Of a stretch of DNA of 64,000 nt, positions 13,392-27,151 are shown piece by piece. Positions within the stretch are counted from its first letter, which is position 1, and each line of letters starts with the position of its first letter. The DNA is from Lytechinus pictus (lineage: Eukaryota). The position numbers and the translations under genes are program-made. The notes under the pieces are model-generated. The model made no database searches. It had not been told where the DNA came from and worked only from the letters and a program-made list of their open reading frames with translations. The stretch is taken from the NCBI RefSeq assembly GCF_037042905.1, contig NC_087250.1, positions 10,356,001 to 10,420,000 on the forward strand, read 5' to 3'.

Positions 13392-14518
13392 AGGGATCGT
13401 TTAACTTTGTGAGCAGCTGATTAAAAAAATTCTCAAACTGAGTTGAAATGTGCGTATGAGTGCCTGTATTTGTCCTCAAAAACCCTGAAACAGACCACAA
13501 TATAGGATGAAAAACTCTAATTTAGATACAAGAAGCAATTTATTAGCCTGATTTTGAGAACCGTCTAGTAGACGGGTTCAGCTTGTGACCAGTTTTCTCC
13601 AATTCAAAAAGTCCGTTAGCTATTTTGACTGCCTTCTGTTGTGTATATCTCCTATACACACACTATTAGCTGCACTGTACATTCAGTGTATACCTTGTAC
13701 ACACTGTATGTAGGTCATGCTGTGTTCATCTAGAATTAATGTGTTGTGGTGCACAGATTCCCTGTATACACAATTACCCTTTTTACACAGGATTTTCTTA
13801 ACCCCGGACTATCGCTAACCCCGTACTATCCTTAACCCCGTACTATTTTTTTTCCTTTTTACACATGCCAAATTGTTATTGCTAACCCCGGATAAGGAAT
13901 GATTGCTTTTCACACACGAAACTCGCTAACCCCGGACTAGTGGTTTTTGTCGATCATTCGTAGTACAAGTACTTCACTCGTACCATTTAACACACGCTAC
14001 AATTTCCTTAACCCCGTACTATAGGTGGGGCCAAATTGCCATTTAGCCCCACCTATAGTACGGGGTTAAGCTTAGCCCACTTTCGTTTTACACTAGCAAT
14101 CTTAACCCCGTACTATCGCTCTTAGCACCGCAATTGCTGGGATAACCCTGCTTTTTTGCAGGGCCAAATAATCCCGTACTAAAGGTGGGGTTAGCCCACT
14201 TTGCAAAAATGCTGTGTAAAAAGAAAGTGGGCTAAGCTTAACCCCGTACTATAGGTGGGGCTAAATGGCAATTTAGCCCCACCTATAGTACGGGGTTAAG
14301 GAAATTTTAGCGTGTGTAAAAAGGGTAATAGTCATTGAAACCAACTCCCAATTATTTCAAACTTTGGTTTACATCTCCAAGGTTTTAAAATTGATCCTGT
14401 AAATATAATACTTTGAAACTTTTGGGATGGTATTTTTACACTATAAGCCTAATGTTTAGCCCATTTTCAGGAACCAAAAGGATAATTTTTTAAATCAGAA
14501 CAAAGTGAAATGATCACT
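13392..14518. mobile_element. Kolobok-like TTAA element hosting a nested insertion; related opposite-orientation copy at ~15450-15838
   Basis: TTAA|agggatcgttt ... aaatgatcact|TTAA. Confidence 0.6.
13777..14325. mobile_element. Nested MITE with TAACCCCGTACTAT internal repeats
   Basis: TIR ccctttttacaca / tgtgtaaaaaggg, TA/TWA flanks; internal ~75-bp inverted duplicate (14008-14080 vs 14226-14305). Confidence 0.75.
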
Positions 14519-17500
14519 TTAATACAAAATATTTTTTTATCATAGATTTCATAACACCATTTTCCTTTCCTTTTCTCTCTTTTTCTTTGTCATAAAATTT
14601 ATTGGAATTATTATTTCTATAAATTTGTATTATTATTATTTTTTTTTTTTTTTGGGGGGGGGGTCCGTGCCCCCCCCCCCAATATGTAGCCTTACATCTG
14701 TACACCAGTCAGTGCAGTATTTACATAAATGTACTGCAAACAATGATCTTTAATATTAGAAAGTCTTTATTGCAGGTTAATCGTCATCATACTTGTAAAA
14801 ACTGGAAAACCACAAACTCCATTGTCAGCTATTGCAAAAATCACGAGTTGATGGAACTCCCTGATGCATTAAAATAATCCTTTTAGGTTTTGAAATGTCG
14901 GAATGTTTTCAGATTTCATGGAGCATGCGAAAAATTTGCACAATAAATCTGTCTTGCTCTTGATTACATGCATGATGCACCTGTATGTCAATAACAGCTA
15001 CCGGTACATTAATTTCTATCTATTGAAACATGTCAATTGTTTACACACACACGTGATGCACAAAAAAGAAATCAAATGAATCTAAATTTGACAGAAGAAC
15101 AGATATCTGTCAGTTTCTGGAAGTGGGGAAAAAAAAGACTTGCATTTTGTTTTTCAATATGCAAATGACATGTAAGTCACAAAGCTGTGCATGATCTAGT
15201 TTTTTTCCGGGGGGGGGGGGGGATGTGCTACTTGAATGGGCCGCCTTTACTGATCATTTTTTTAACTTCACATACAATGTATGGATAGTGTAAGGTTGAG
15301 AAATTTGCCAATTTGTTCGACGTTTGGGACTAAAAATGTGTGTGTGACGATGAGATTTTGAATTTTATAACAGATTCTTATTGATTCTTCTACTAGTACA
15401 GAACTTTTTTTATTATTTACATGTACATTGTAAATTGCTATTAATATCCTTAAAGTGATTGTTTAACATTGGTTTGACTTTAAAAAAATCTGAGCTAGAA
15501 GGTCACACTTGTCACCTGTGTCTGTGATATAAATGTTACAAAAATGAAGCCCAGAAAAAATTGCGTTCGAAAATAATTATTCAGTGCTTCAAAAATTGAA
15601 ATATACAGTGACCGAAAACACCATCTTAATTTCATCCCATGCACTTATGTGTACTATTTAGGCGTCTATAAGACGCCTATTTACAAAATCGGGGTTTGTC
15701 TTGTAGTTTTAGCTTTTCATTCTCAATAATGGTTGTTTTTAGGGTTAATTAGTTCTAATACATGCACTTGTACACATGTTTCATCTTGGTTTGAGAATTT
15801 TTTAATCGGCTGCTCACAAAGTTAAACAATACCTTTACTGAACCGTACACGTAGTACATTGTAGATGTCCAATAAATTGGCAAACTGTACACTAGGCAGT
15901 GAAACTCTCCACACAAAATAAGCCCCCCCCCCCCCCCACCTTAGAAGTCCCTGCAATGAATGCAGATTACACCAGTATCTAAAAACTATATGGCCAAAAA
16001 TCACCCCCAAAAATGAGAGCATATATGAGTTCGAACAGAAACCAATGAAATTTACCACCTGTGTTTGTATACATGTATATTAAATAAAAAATATGTGACA
16101 AATACATACATGTAGTTCTGGAAGAAAATGTACGATTGCTGAGAAATTTAATAGCAAAATAAGCACGGAATTCCATAAAATGTCCGGTATTTTTCGAAGC
16201 AATATTAATACACTGTCCCACATTGTATGCTTCTCTGTATAAAGTGATCATCAGAATTGATTTTGATTTGAGCTACATGTACATACATGTATTGAGATTT
16301 CATACAACGATACCTGTAAGTTTACTATTAATGTACAAGATCTACACTGTACATGTACATGTAGATGTTTGGTATTTTTATTTTGAACTTTAACCTTGAT
16401 TAAAAAACTTTCTCAGATTTAAAAGACTTTCTAATGAAATAATTGTTTTCTATTGAGAATCCTATATGGGGAAATGCACGCTTTAGTGTATGTGAAGTGA
16501 ACTGGTACCCATTGTGGTTTGTGGCACAGCTCAGTCGGTCGTGCCTGGTATAGCGTGGAAATTATTCAAGTTCAAGATACCATAGAGATTAATCATGAAT
16601 AGTGCAATGACATTCCACGGATATTTCCCACAGTATGAGTGGCATTAGATGGAATGTGCGACAATGTACCAGGGTCTTAGAGCGACTTGAACTGGTTTTA
16701 TGACAAAGAGTTCAACGTGCTAGAGAGAAAAGCTATTCAACAATATTAAAAAGGAGTTTTCATTTTATAATACTGGTATTAGAGATGTGACAAATTGTGG
16801 TTCAAATTTTTTTTTTTTTATGAAGGAAGGGAATTGTATATTAAATTCCTTTCATGGAGCTACATGTATGTGCAAATTTGCTGAAAAATGTTTAAAGAGT
16901 ACATGAACTTGTAAAACCTGTGACTGTACAATCAAGTTCACATGTCGATCACAGAAATTACCGGGTAGTCTGCAAGTACAGACTCATATTTGACACTTAA
17001 GTTTTAATAGTTAGTTAGTTCAGTTTAGTAACATTTGTCTAGACTAGAGTACATGTATACCAGGGGGGGGGGGGGCAAATTTCACAACGAATAGTTCTTT
17101 TCATTTATTATGCTCCCCCTAATAACAACCGACTACTACATGTACCATGCCTTGAAAATATCCCTAGCTGAAGATGGTAACTCATAATATTTTAACTAAA
17201 ATGGATATCTTTATGGAATGAAAAAAAAGGGAAGGACAAGGACAGGGGCTTATAATCACAAAGAATAGAAAACAAGCTTTGTAAAGGTTCAGTTCCCTCC
17301 AAAGCAAACTACTGGATCTATCTATATACCCTCCACGTACAATATGATGCATACCATGAATAGCTTGAGGAATATTCATGAAGCCATACAATTTTGCTGT
17401 TATAATAGTGTAGCCAGCTCAATGGCTGGCTTGCAGGAATTTCAATAACTCATCGGGCAAAGAATTGAGATTTATATGTTTGGTTTCTTTTTAGTCCCCA

Positions 17501-17879
17501 ATGTCTGTGGTTTCTTTATGAACAAGTCTCTGATTGTCAAGTATTAGAAAAGTATACCCTTTTCTTATGGTGGTTTGACTGGTTTCTTAACCAATAAATT
17601 TTTTCATGTTTATGTTCCTAAACTAATTTCCTTTGTTTCCATTTGCAGCGCAGATATTACCTTTTCCATTTCAAAAAATTGTCTTTTCCGTTTCTGAAAA
17701 TCTGTTTATTCCGTTTCAACTTGATCTAAAAATGGAAATTCCGTTTTGTCACTGAAAATGTACCCAACAAAAAACCTGAATTCCGTTTTGCAAAGGTGAA
17801 TTCCATGAATGTTTACATTTTTTTTACCTTGATTTACCTTGATGTTGGGCATAAAGTATAGAAGACTTATTTGCCCCTC

Positions 17880-18240
17880 TGCATCTTCTTAGAACTTGTC
17901 CTCAGTTATAAACGTAACAATTTCACATGCATGTGTGGGTTTGGACGATTTGTGAAAATTCTGTGTCTGGGTCGAAGCGATTATACTTGGTTTTCCAGGC
18001 CTTCTCTAGATTTGATTTGAATGAATTTATACTGCTACTGTTTACGACCTCAGAAGGTAGGTCATTCCATAGGTTGATTACTCGTTGCGAGAAATCCCGT
18101 TGCCTAAGTGTTAAATGTGCTCTTAGCTTGATTATTTTTCGAGAATGTCCTCTTGTCCGAGGTTGAGTGTCAAGTTTGAAGAAATTTGTACAGTCCAAAT
18201 CATCTACGCCCTGAATAATCTTAAACGTTTGATCATATCA
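17880..18240 (-). mobile_element. CR1-type LINE 3' end remnant
   Basis: ORF 17923..18198: TRGHSRKI...FSQRVINLWNDLPSEVVNSSSINSFKSNL, characteristic CR1 ORF2 C-terminus. Confidence 0.85.
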
Positions 18241-19608
18241 TACATGAAAAGTGTAAGAACCAAACAGAATTTCTTTTTTATTTACCGGTAAACGGAAAAA
18301 TAAAGAAAAATATAAAGCTGATTCCTCAATACATACAGTAAGTTTTATTCAACAACACCCATGCTCTGGTAAAAAAAAAAATTTAATCACAGAATGTGTA
18401 GAGCAGCATGAGGTTACAGACAGTTTTGACCTCGATGATCACAAATTTTGGTTTGGGAGAATTGCAGTGTTGGGTGGTATTTTGTTTTGTTTGTTTGTTT
18501 CATTTTTTTTTTCGTTGTCTTTAGACATTTTAAGGAGAATAAAACCAAGGGAACAAATTAATGAAATTCTCAGAAAAATTGAACAGATAAGAGAATCACT
18601 AGCATTCAAATTTTGACGTCATTAATGACGAGGACATACATGTACATGTACTCCCATTCGCAATGCGACCAACATGTGTGATGTCACACAAGTGCAACTC
18701 CCCAGGCCCAATTACTTTCCCTTATAAATATTTTCCTACATGTATATAAAAAAATTCACTAATATAAACCGGTAGTAATAAAAGTCTGTTCATCATAGAT
18801 CATGTGTTTGTTTTGATTTTTTTTCATGAGGACATGAAATTGAGGTTTAACAAAATTGAAATATATCATAGGCAAAGAGTTTGCTATAGTTGAGTATCAC
18901 AATGAGCAAACATTTGGGGGTTACTACAGCTACATACAGTATATTATATTTTCAGTGTACGAAGGGGAGAGTTGCACTTCTGTGACATCACAATTCTTGG
19001 TGGCTTTGCCAATGAGGATATCCACCACATCATTAGTGCAGTGATTTAAACTTTCTTATTGTTTTCAACTTTGTCCAATTATTCTCAAACTTTCATTTAT
19101 CCTTTTATCATTTTTTTTCTGTTTTCATACGTGTAGGCCTACCCATACTGTATGCTCAACTTTTTTCAAGGGATTCATTGATTCTCCTTGCATGTCTCGA
19201 TTTTTCTTTTCTCATACTAGACTGATACCTGATACTACAGTGTACATTTAATCATCCACCTCTGGGTTTTCATTCAGTTTTTCTGGCCATTTTCTGCTTA
19301 TTCCCCTCATCGAGGAGTTAGATTTTAATAATAATATGGGTTCAAACAATTTCCTCTCATCATTAATTATCATCATCATCATGACATCATCATTGAACAG
19401 TTGAATGGCAATATAAATTTAAAATCAAATGTAAAATTAAAGCTAAAAATATGATCTAACGTTACCCTACTGTACAAAATAAAATAGTATAACATTTATA
19501 TTTAGTAATATTAAATGTTAGAATTGTACTCAGATCCTAATTTGAACATGTTGAATATTGAAAAAAGTGATGACACAAAAAATGAAAAAATCATCTAGAT
19601 ATACCAAG

Positions 19609-19800
19609 GTTTTTACCTGACTGCTAAGAAAGCACGAATGCCTGTGAGCAAGCAACCAGGGGACCGACGGCTTAAAGTCCTCTCCGAGGGACCTGGTAAT
19701 GAGGATAAATGCCTTACCAAAGGGCACTAGCGCACCACTTGGGAATCGAACCTGGGTCACCGGAATACAAAACCCCTGCTCTACCGACTGAGCTACTATC
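19609..19800 (-). mobile_element. tRNA-derived SINE family 2; copies at ~32500-32695 and ~60853-61050
   Basis: Head gtagctcagtcggtagagc...ggttcgattccc followed by a body shared by all three copies. Confidence 0.8.
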
Positions 19801-20160
19801 TCATCTGAATTCTGATCATCATTTTGAGAAAGTGAGAATTTTGTCATTATTTTTTAATTGGCCTGTGCACAATGATGACCGAGTGCATCTGCTGGTGCTG
19901 TAATATTTCCATGGATTTATACAGATATTGCAGTGCAAATCAAGTGCTTAGCATCAACATTGATCAGTAAAGTCTTGAATTCAAATTAAAAAAAAGCTCG
20001 ACTCATTCACACAACACAAGCACTTTTCAGCGCAGCCACAGTCACAGACATGCACACAGTCATCATTAACTAGCTCAGCCTCAGGCTCCGGCTCAGATGA
20101 GAAGACTTCGAGTTCGATTTTCAGATTCTTGTATTTTTCGTATTTATCTTTACTACTTAC

Positions 20161-20430
20161 CATCTTACTCAATATCAGCAAGCTCGGTCCATCTTTCAAT
20201 CTATTCGACTACTTAGCTTCCTTACAATGTTACTATCCCTGTATCCCAAAAGATCTTTCGACTAGTTCCAATCTCGTCCGTCGTCGTTGGGAGACGCAAT
20301 TTCGTTTATGCCGACATTATTACCGCATGAGGCGTTTACATCGGATACAATTACTGCCACTAGATCCAAGATCCAATGAGCATTATGTCGAAAGTAATAT
20401 CCGATATAGTATTCACTCCATCTGCATCAC
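20161..20430 (-). other. Probable first exon (5' leader + ATG only) of a second minus-strand gene; identity unknown
   Basis: Repeat-free, CpG-retaining stretch ending gtaagATG|GTAAGT (A at -3, consensus donor). TSS position is a guess. No downstream coding exon found in the window. Confidence 0.5.
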
Positions 20431-20432
20431 AG

Positions 20433-20444
20433 CATGACGTCATG
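20433..20444. promoter_or_regulatory. Full CRE (TGACGTCA) in 12-bp palindrome CATGACGTCATG
   Basis: Exact motif just upstream of the putative first exon; function is inferred. Confidence 0.45.
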
Positions 20445-23400
20445 TGGGAGGTGGTTATGTGTTTTATCGGAGCGAATCCTTTTCATAGAAGTGGTCATTG
20501 AGTGGGTGTGGCCATCCGGCGATCAAAATATATATATACTACAGAGTTAGTATTGTTTGAATAAGTCAATGTTATTAGTCACATTTCAGATATGTGACGA
20601 ACTGACCAAATAATCTTTGAACTCACTGATTAAAAAAGTAAATACCGGTAATTGACTGATATCATATTGCACTATATTCATAAATAATAGCAATCCTTAT
20701 CATGCTTATTTGTCATGTGTCATGTCTGGATAAACAAAATGAATTTCTTTATTAAAACAATGAAAACAAATCTGATTGAGAAGAAGGTGATCGACATATT
20801 AAATCAGTGGCATGATCGATGAGCCAAAAATCGTGCACAATATTGGCCTATTAGGCCTGACTTAGGGTATATAGTGAAGAGAGTAATATCATTATTTTGG
20901 TATTAAGGCATAAATAAGATACAATAGTTTCGTCTTTTCCTTTATTCATTTGTTAATATTTGATTTATTTCAATATGATTTCATCTATTTATTTATTTGT
21001 TTATTTATTTATTTATTCATTTTTTTTTTTGGGGGGGGGGGCGCATGGTAGTGGAACATGGGGGGGGGGTTACCCTCGATCCATGTGGGATGTGCGGGTG
21101 TGTTTATTTTCATTTTTCTTCTGTATTATAATATTTCTTAATTTCTTTCAGTGAATTGGAAAATGAATGGATTGATTCATAATTTTTATGAATTGCATTA
21201 TTTATGAAGTTATTACGATGCATCGTTCATAAAGTTATGAAATTTATGGAATCAGTTTATGTTTGTATATTCACTGGAAGAAGCAATAAAAGAATACTAA
21301 AATAAACGTTTAAAAGTATATCGTCAAAGACACGTTTGAGTATGAAGACAACGACTCATCAACTCAGCCGGGATAAGAGCCAGGGAGAAAGCTTCAGTGT
21401 TTTCTGCCCGGGGGGGGGGGGGGGGTACGTACTCATGAAATAAGGCATACGGGGATGTGCCGCAGCTGGAATGGGTCGATTTTTGGAAATGAATCCCTAA
21501 ACATGGGTATATGGTTTTATGCTGGAAAGTCCCTAAACATGCCCCCAATTTTAGATACTGGCTTAAACATATGGTTCCATTTTCTCATCAAATTTTGGGT
21601 GATAACCTTTTTTTTTGCTTGTCAAATTTTAATAGATCCCTAATAATGGGTACCTCTTTAGCCAAAATGACCCGTAAATATGGGTATGGTTTTTAAACCT
21701 TCAGCCGCACACCCCCGTCCAAACCAAATCTAAGGTTCTGTACATTGGTCGTTCCCCTGAACTACGTTGGCTCCGGATAGTTTGTCAGAAATTGTCCAGA
21801 AACTATATACGGTTATTCCTGTCTAGGAACTAGCAAGATACTAGGGCCGCAGGGTCGCTTGCCGGGGGGGGGGGGGAGCCGCAAATTCTGGTCATATCAT
21901 GGTACAGGCAGTGATTTTTAAATCTTTTAAAAAGAGTTGCGAGAGAGCGAAGCGAGCGAGCAAAAAGTTTGACATTTTTATTACAAAAATCCAATTTTGT
22001 GATAGATTTTGACGAATATTCAGAAAATAATCATAATAATAATCATATTTCACCCCTACCTCCTATATTTTCTTTTATTTCCCCTTGGGTGTGGAACCAA
22101 ACGGACCCCCCGCCCGTTCGCCAGTGATTGAATGTAAAGCTTAATGTAGGAACTAATATAGGGGGGCGTTATAGAACCCATTGAAGGTTACAGATGAAGA
22201 GCCCCTATACTGCGCGGAGTCTGGGGCAGAGCCCCGATTGCGACCGTTATTGTATACAACTTCGAAATCTTATAAAGGGCTTATAACGCGATTTTACAAG
22301 CAGTCCATCTTTCTTCCCGTTCTTTATTTTCAATCGACGGGCTACGTGTTATTAAATTCTTCTTTCTTTCTTTTTTCTTGTCCCTTTTCTTCGATTTCCA
22401 GTCTAGCTTTTTGGCATTCCATTCTACCTTCATTTCCCGCTATTGCTTGCCACTTTATCATCTTTTGAATTATACTTAGTAGGCCTATTTCAGAACGAAT
22501 TTTTCTTTCTCACAATCTTGTTCTTCCTTCGTTCCTTTCCCCGCTTTCCGTTTTTATGTTTTTTCCCCTTACTTTTCTTATAACTTTTCCTTTTCCCTTT
22601 CTTTCTCCCACCCTTTTCTCTTTATCCCCTTTTAAAAAAATTATTTCCCGGTGAAATCCACCGGGGGGGGGGGGGGGGGGGCTGTTACGCCACTGAAGAT
22701 AATATACAGAAAGAAACGATTAAATCACGACTAACATGACAATTAAAAAGAAAATAAACAAATGAAATAATAGGCCTAATAATAAATCGTCTAAACTAAA
22801 TATCAGGACAATATAAGCTCAACTTTTGATTAATTTCTAACCAACAATGTCTTAACCAACAAAATTTACCAAAAGATAAGAGTACGTTTTTTTCCCCTCT
22901 AAGTTTATTGCTTTTATTACCCAAAAAAAGACAAAAAAAGAGAAAAAAGAGAAAGAAATAGAAAGTAAAACTCTACCCCCCACATTTGGCTGGATTTTTT
23001 ATTTGATATACCTAAAGATTTTAGTAGGGTTATTTTGTTTAAGATGTAAAATGCATACAGTATATATGGTGTCGAAAAGCTATCCTAAACTTTTATAAAT
23101 ATATATATTGTTTTTTTTTTTTTTTTGGGGGGGGGGGGGGGGGGAGGAGTACGTCAGCTTTTGGCGGGATTTCACTTTTCTTTTTTGCTGAAAGAAGATG
23201 TGAAAAATCCCGCCACAAGAGGGTGGTATACAATTTAATTGGCAATAGTTTTGATTTCAGCATCATGTCCTGTAAGGATGCTTACATTGTTATCATGATT
23301 TTGATGAAAATCATTGTGATTAAGAATTTAAACATTAATATGAATATTTGATTGTATTACACATATTCTATTGTTATCATGCATATTTAACATTTTTATA

Positions 23401-23784
23401 ATCATTGTTCTATCATTATTGCCATTATCAATTTTCATTATCCTTATTATTCATTGGCAGATCGAGGGGGGGGGGGCATATTTTATGTAAATATGCCATT
23501 TTATCACAAGTGTGCCCCCCCTTTTGAGAGCGAGGACTTTTTTTTTTGCTTGACAAATTTTCCGTGGATGAAATGACCTTGAATTATGGGTGAAATCTTT
23601 TTTTTTTTGGCTTGTCAAATTTCCCTTGGGAAAATGTGCCCCCCCCCCCCCTTGGAAAATCCTGGATCTGTTCCTATTATTATAATTATCCATCAGTTGA
23701 GTTTAATCAGATCGAAACTCTTTGTAAGACAGACCCCTGATCTCATTGAATCAGAGTCATCTCACATAGAATTAATTCTATTAA

Positions 23785-24265
23785 AGGGGAAGTTCAACTT
23801 GACAAAAAGTTAATTGTAAAAATAGCAGAAAAATAGTACGAAAAAAAGGTGAAGGTTTGAGAAAAATCTGTCAAATAATAAAAAAGTGATTAGAATTTAA
23901 ATCATTTGATATGTGACGTCATAGGCGAGCGGCTTTTCTACATATCGTATGGTATAAAATCAATAAAAATTCATTTTCTTAGGAAATTTAAAAGTGTTTT
24001 ACCGTATCAACAAATATATTTCACACTCATTCTTATAAAGAAAACAAGGGTAAGTCATCTCAAATCATTTTAAAAATTTAAATTTATGCATTTTATATTA
24101 CAGAACATGTGGGGGAGCTGCTCGTTTAAGACGTCACGAATCAAAAACTTACGATTCTAATAACTCTCTTAATCTTTAATGGATTTTTCTCAAACTTTCC
24201 CCAATATTTAGATTATTTTTTCTGATAGCTTTAAAACAATTTTTTTTTCAGGGTGAACTTTCCCT
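23785..24265. mobile_element. Kolobok-like TTAA MITE
   Basis: TTAA|aggggaagttca ... tgaactttccct|TTAA. Confidence 0.7.
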
Positions 24266-24329
24266 TTAATTCACCAAAGTGACCCATCAATCCCTGGTAC
24301 CCCTGAGTCTAGACTTATGATAAAAACAA

Positions 24330-24810
24330 ACATCCAACAATAACACACATTTGTCTCATACATGGTTTCATTCAAATCTGAATTTAATCATCTCTTCATG
24401 ATGCAAAAATATAGATAAAATATTTCATCTCCTATATAAATAGAAAAATATATCTGGCAATAAATATTCAGTCTTGCTATAATGATTCCATTAATTACAC
24501 GCAAAAATAAATTATCAACTCACAGTTGTTTCTCAAATGGTTTCATTCAAATATGATTTTTATTCTTGACTTCATGATAAAAAAATATAGACTAAATATG
24601 TATTCTATCTCCTCTCTAAATAATTAAAAATCTAGCAAGAAATGTTCCGTCACACACACACACACACACACAAATCCACACTAACACACACTTGTTTCTT
24701 GTATGATTCCATTCAAAGATAAATTAATTTCATGATGTAAAATATATATGCTAAATGATTTTTTGCTATCCACTATAAATAATTAAAAAAACATGCCTGG
24801 CAAGAATTTT
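24330..24810. repeat. Degenerate ~175-bp tandem repeat (about 3 units)
   Basis: atggtttcattcaaa-type anchors at ~24362, 24537, 24703. Confidence 0.5.
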
Positions 24811-25066
24811 TTTCGGGTCTCGTTTTAACAATTACATTCATTGAAGATGATCAGCTGCTTTGGAAATTATTCATTATATTGCTCCAATAAAATATATTCT
24901 TACTTTCACAAAAAAAGTAAAATAATGCTGAATACTTCAATACCCGCCTTTTTCAAAATTATTTCTTCACAAGCAAATAATCTTATTGAAGACTTTATGC
25001 CGGTATCGGCAAATCTAAAATAATCCATACACATATTATTTGCAAGAATTTTTTCCAGATATCATA

Positions 25067-25447
25067 TCGGTTGTTGGCTCAGTCGGTAACGCGTCTGCCT
25101 GTCGAACCAAAGATCGTGGGTTTGAGTCCACCCAGGGCGGATGACTGAAGCCAGTGCGTTGTGTGTAAACGTCTCTCCCATGTTTCATAGATGCAGGCTA
25201 TGTTACAATGGAAAACACTCCATCCCTCGGATAGGACATTAAATGGAGGCCCCGTGTAGAGGAGAGTCACCACCTTTGCACGTTAAGAACCCACTGCACT
25301 ATTCATATAAGAGTAGGGGGAAACCCCTGTGTAGTGGTCCACCTGCATTCCCCCCAATCAGTTATATCGGGAGGAGAGACCTGCGGGTCATAGTGATTCA
25401 GTTCGCTTTTCGCCTCCCAGGCACAGGTGACGCCAAACAAAAATAAT
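25067..25447 (+). mobile_element. tRNA-headed SINE with Deu/Nin-like central domain
   Basis: tRNA-like head (ggctcagtcggtaacgcg...gggtttgagtcc), then ctcggataggacattaaa..gaggcccc..cacgttaagaacccactgcactattc..agagtagggg resembling the remembered DeuSINE/AmnSINE1 core; A-rich tail. Confidence 0.7.
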
Positions 25448-26684
25448 ATTTCTAAATAGCATCAATACATTCATTTTGAAAGGATTGGGTAATTTTTTCA
25501 AATCAAAACTTGACAATCAGAAATAAAGATAACTAATAATAAAAAAATAAAGATATGCTGTAATTTTATTGAAATGATAAATAACATCAATGATTATTTG
25601 TTATTTTCACTGCCATGTAATATAATATCAACTGCATTCATAATCATTTTCTTTTCCGAAAATGAATTAATAACTACTGACGCATTTTGTCACCATGATT
25701 CCAATAAGTCAGTTAATTACTATTTTCTTTTCTAAAATATTTTTCTTCAAAGATTCCTTTACCTTCATTAAAAACAAACATTGATTGAAATTATAATCAT
25801 TTCCCCCTTATCAGTTTATTATTATTATTGTAGCCTAATAATAGCAGAGTTTCTTCATTTCTTTTCCTCTACGATTTTTCTGTTTATCACCAAGTATCAC
25901 CATATTCAATTTTAACAAGCCTTTTTTATGTTTCTTCAATACTGTAGTAAATCCCTTATTCTAGTCACAGCAGTTTATTATAAGAGCGATTCATCAATTT
26001 CTTTTCCTTAATGATTTGTTTGTTCATCAATGCAGTATCATCATATTCAGATAGCAATCTCTTTATTTTAGTCCTCTGATGCAGCCTGGTCATTGCCTGT
26101 TAGCAAATGAAACAAACATTCAATTAGCATACACAGGGTCTGTTTCATAAAACTTGTCATTAATTGCAAGTTACAAGTTATGTAATAAGCTACTGAAATG
26201 ATAGCATTTGATCGGACGAGAAATACATTATGAGTGAATTCCAGCAGTCATTATTGACTACGCACTTAATGATGTGTCACCAGGGGGGTGTTTCACAAAG
26301 ATTTAAGTGTGAATTAGAGTTGCACTTATATATGCATATATATATATATGCACTTATACATGCATAGCTGCATGCGGTATAAAAGACATTACGGCACTGG
26401 TCAGATCAGATCACAGGACGCGCACTACTGCATACTGATCAGTAAGATTGAGCATTGCATATCGTGTATGCGTCGACATCAAAGTGCGACTCTTAAGTCG
26501 TACTTAAATCTTTGTGAAACACCCCCTAGGTATTGCATTAAAGCCTAAACAGCTTAAAAAGCAAATAGATTTTTTTCACCAACTGAATCAAGAGGCATTT
26601 CAGATATGAATATTAATACTATAAATTAGACAAAGACTGTTAACTTTGATTTGTTAATTCAATATCAATACAATTGTCAAAACG

Positions 26685-27070
26685 GTGTATTTTCAATTGG
26701 TCTAATGCCAATTCATCCAATCACAAACTCGTCTAATATCACTTGGTCTACCATCAGTTCGGCCACTATCCACATGGTCTAATTGCCATTTCGTCACTCA
26801 CGATTTCGTCTAATAACTTGTTGGTCTAATAGCCATTTAGTCCATGTAACATTTGGTCTAATTGGCCGAGGTAGGAATTTATTGGGTGAAATGAATGAAA
26901 ATAGAATGGGTATTACACGAACTGTTTATGAGACGAAGTGGTCATAGATGCACTGGTGAGTAGATGAAGTGATGATCGGATCAAATGGTTATTGGACCAA
27001 ATGGTTGTTAGACGAAATGATGGACGGAATGGCATTAGACTAAATGAAATGAGTGGACGAGTTGGCAACA
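26685..27070. mobile_element. Foldback-like element of short GGTCTAAT/GACGAA units; related copy at ~45160-45582
   Basis: Short motif arrays that invert around the centre; the two copies are reverse-complement similar. Confidence 0.6.
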
Positions 27071-27151
27071 GATGATTATACATATACATTTACTTGGGAA
27101 GGAAAAATCATAACAGCTGCCAATTTGAGGATCAAATGCAGCATGCAATCA

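Noticed and set aside
19981..20199. Small Cys-rich, metallothionein-like ORF (CVHVCDCGCAEKCLCC)
   Set aside because: Cys codons come from TG-rich sequence after a consensus GTAAGT donor, so it is better read as intron start. Not fully excluded without RNA data.
25560..26890. Polyadenylation signal for the FSIP2-like gene
   Set aside because: Several minus-strand AATAAA hexamers exist in AT-rich or repeat sequence, and none can be singled out without 3'-end data.
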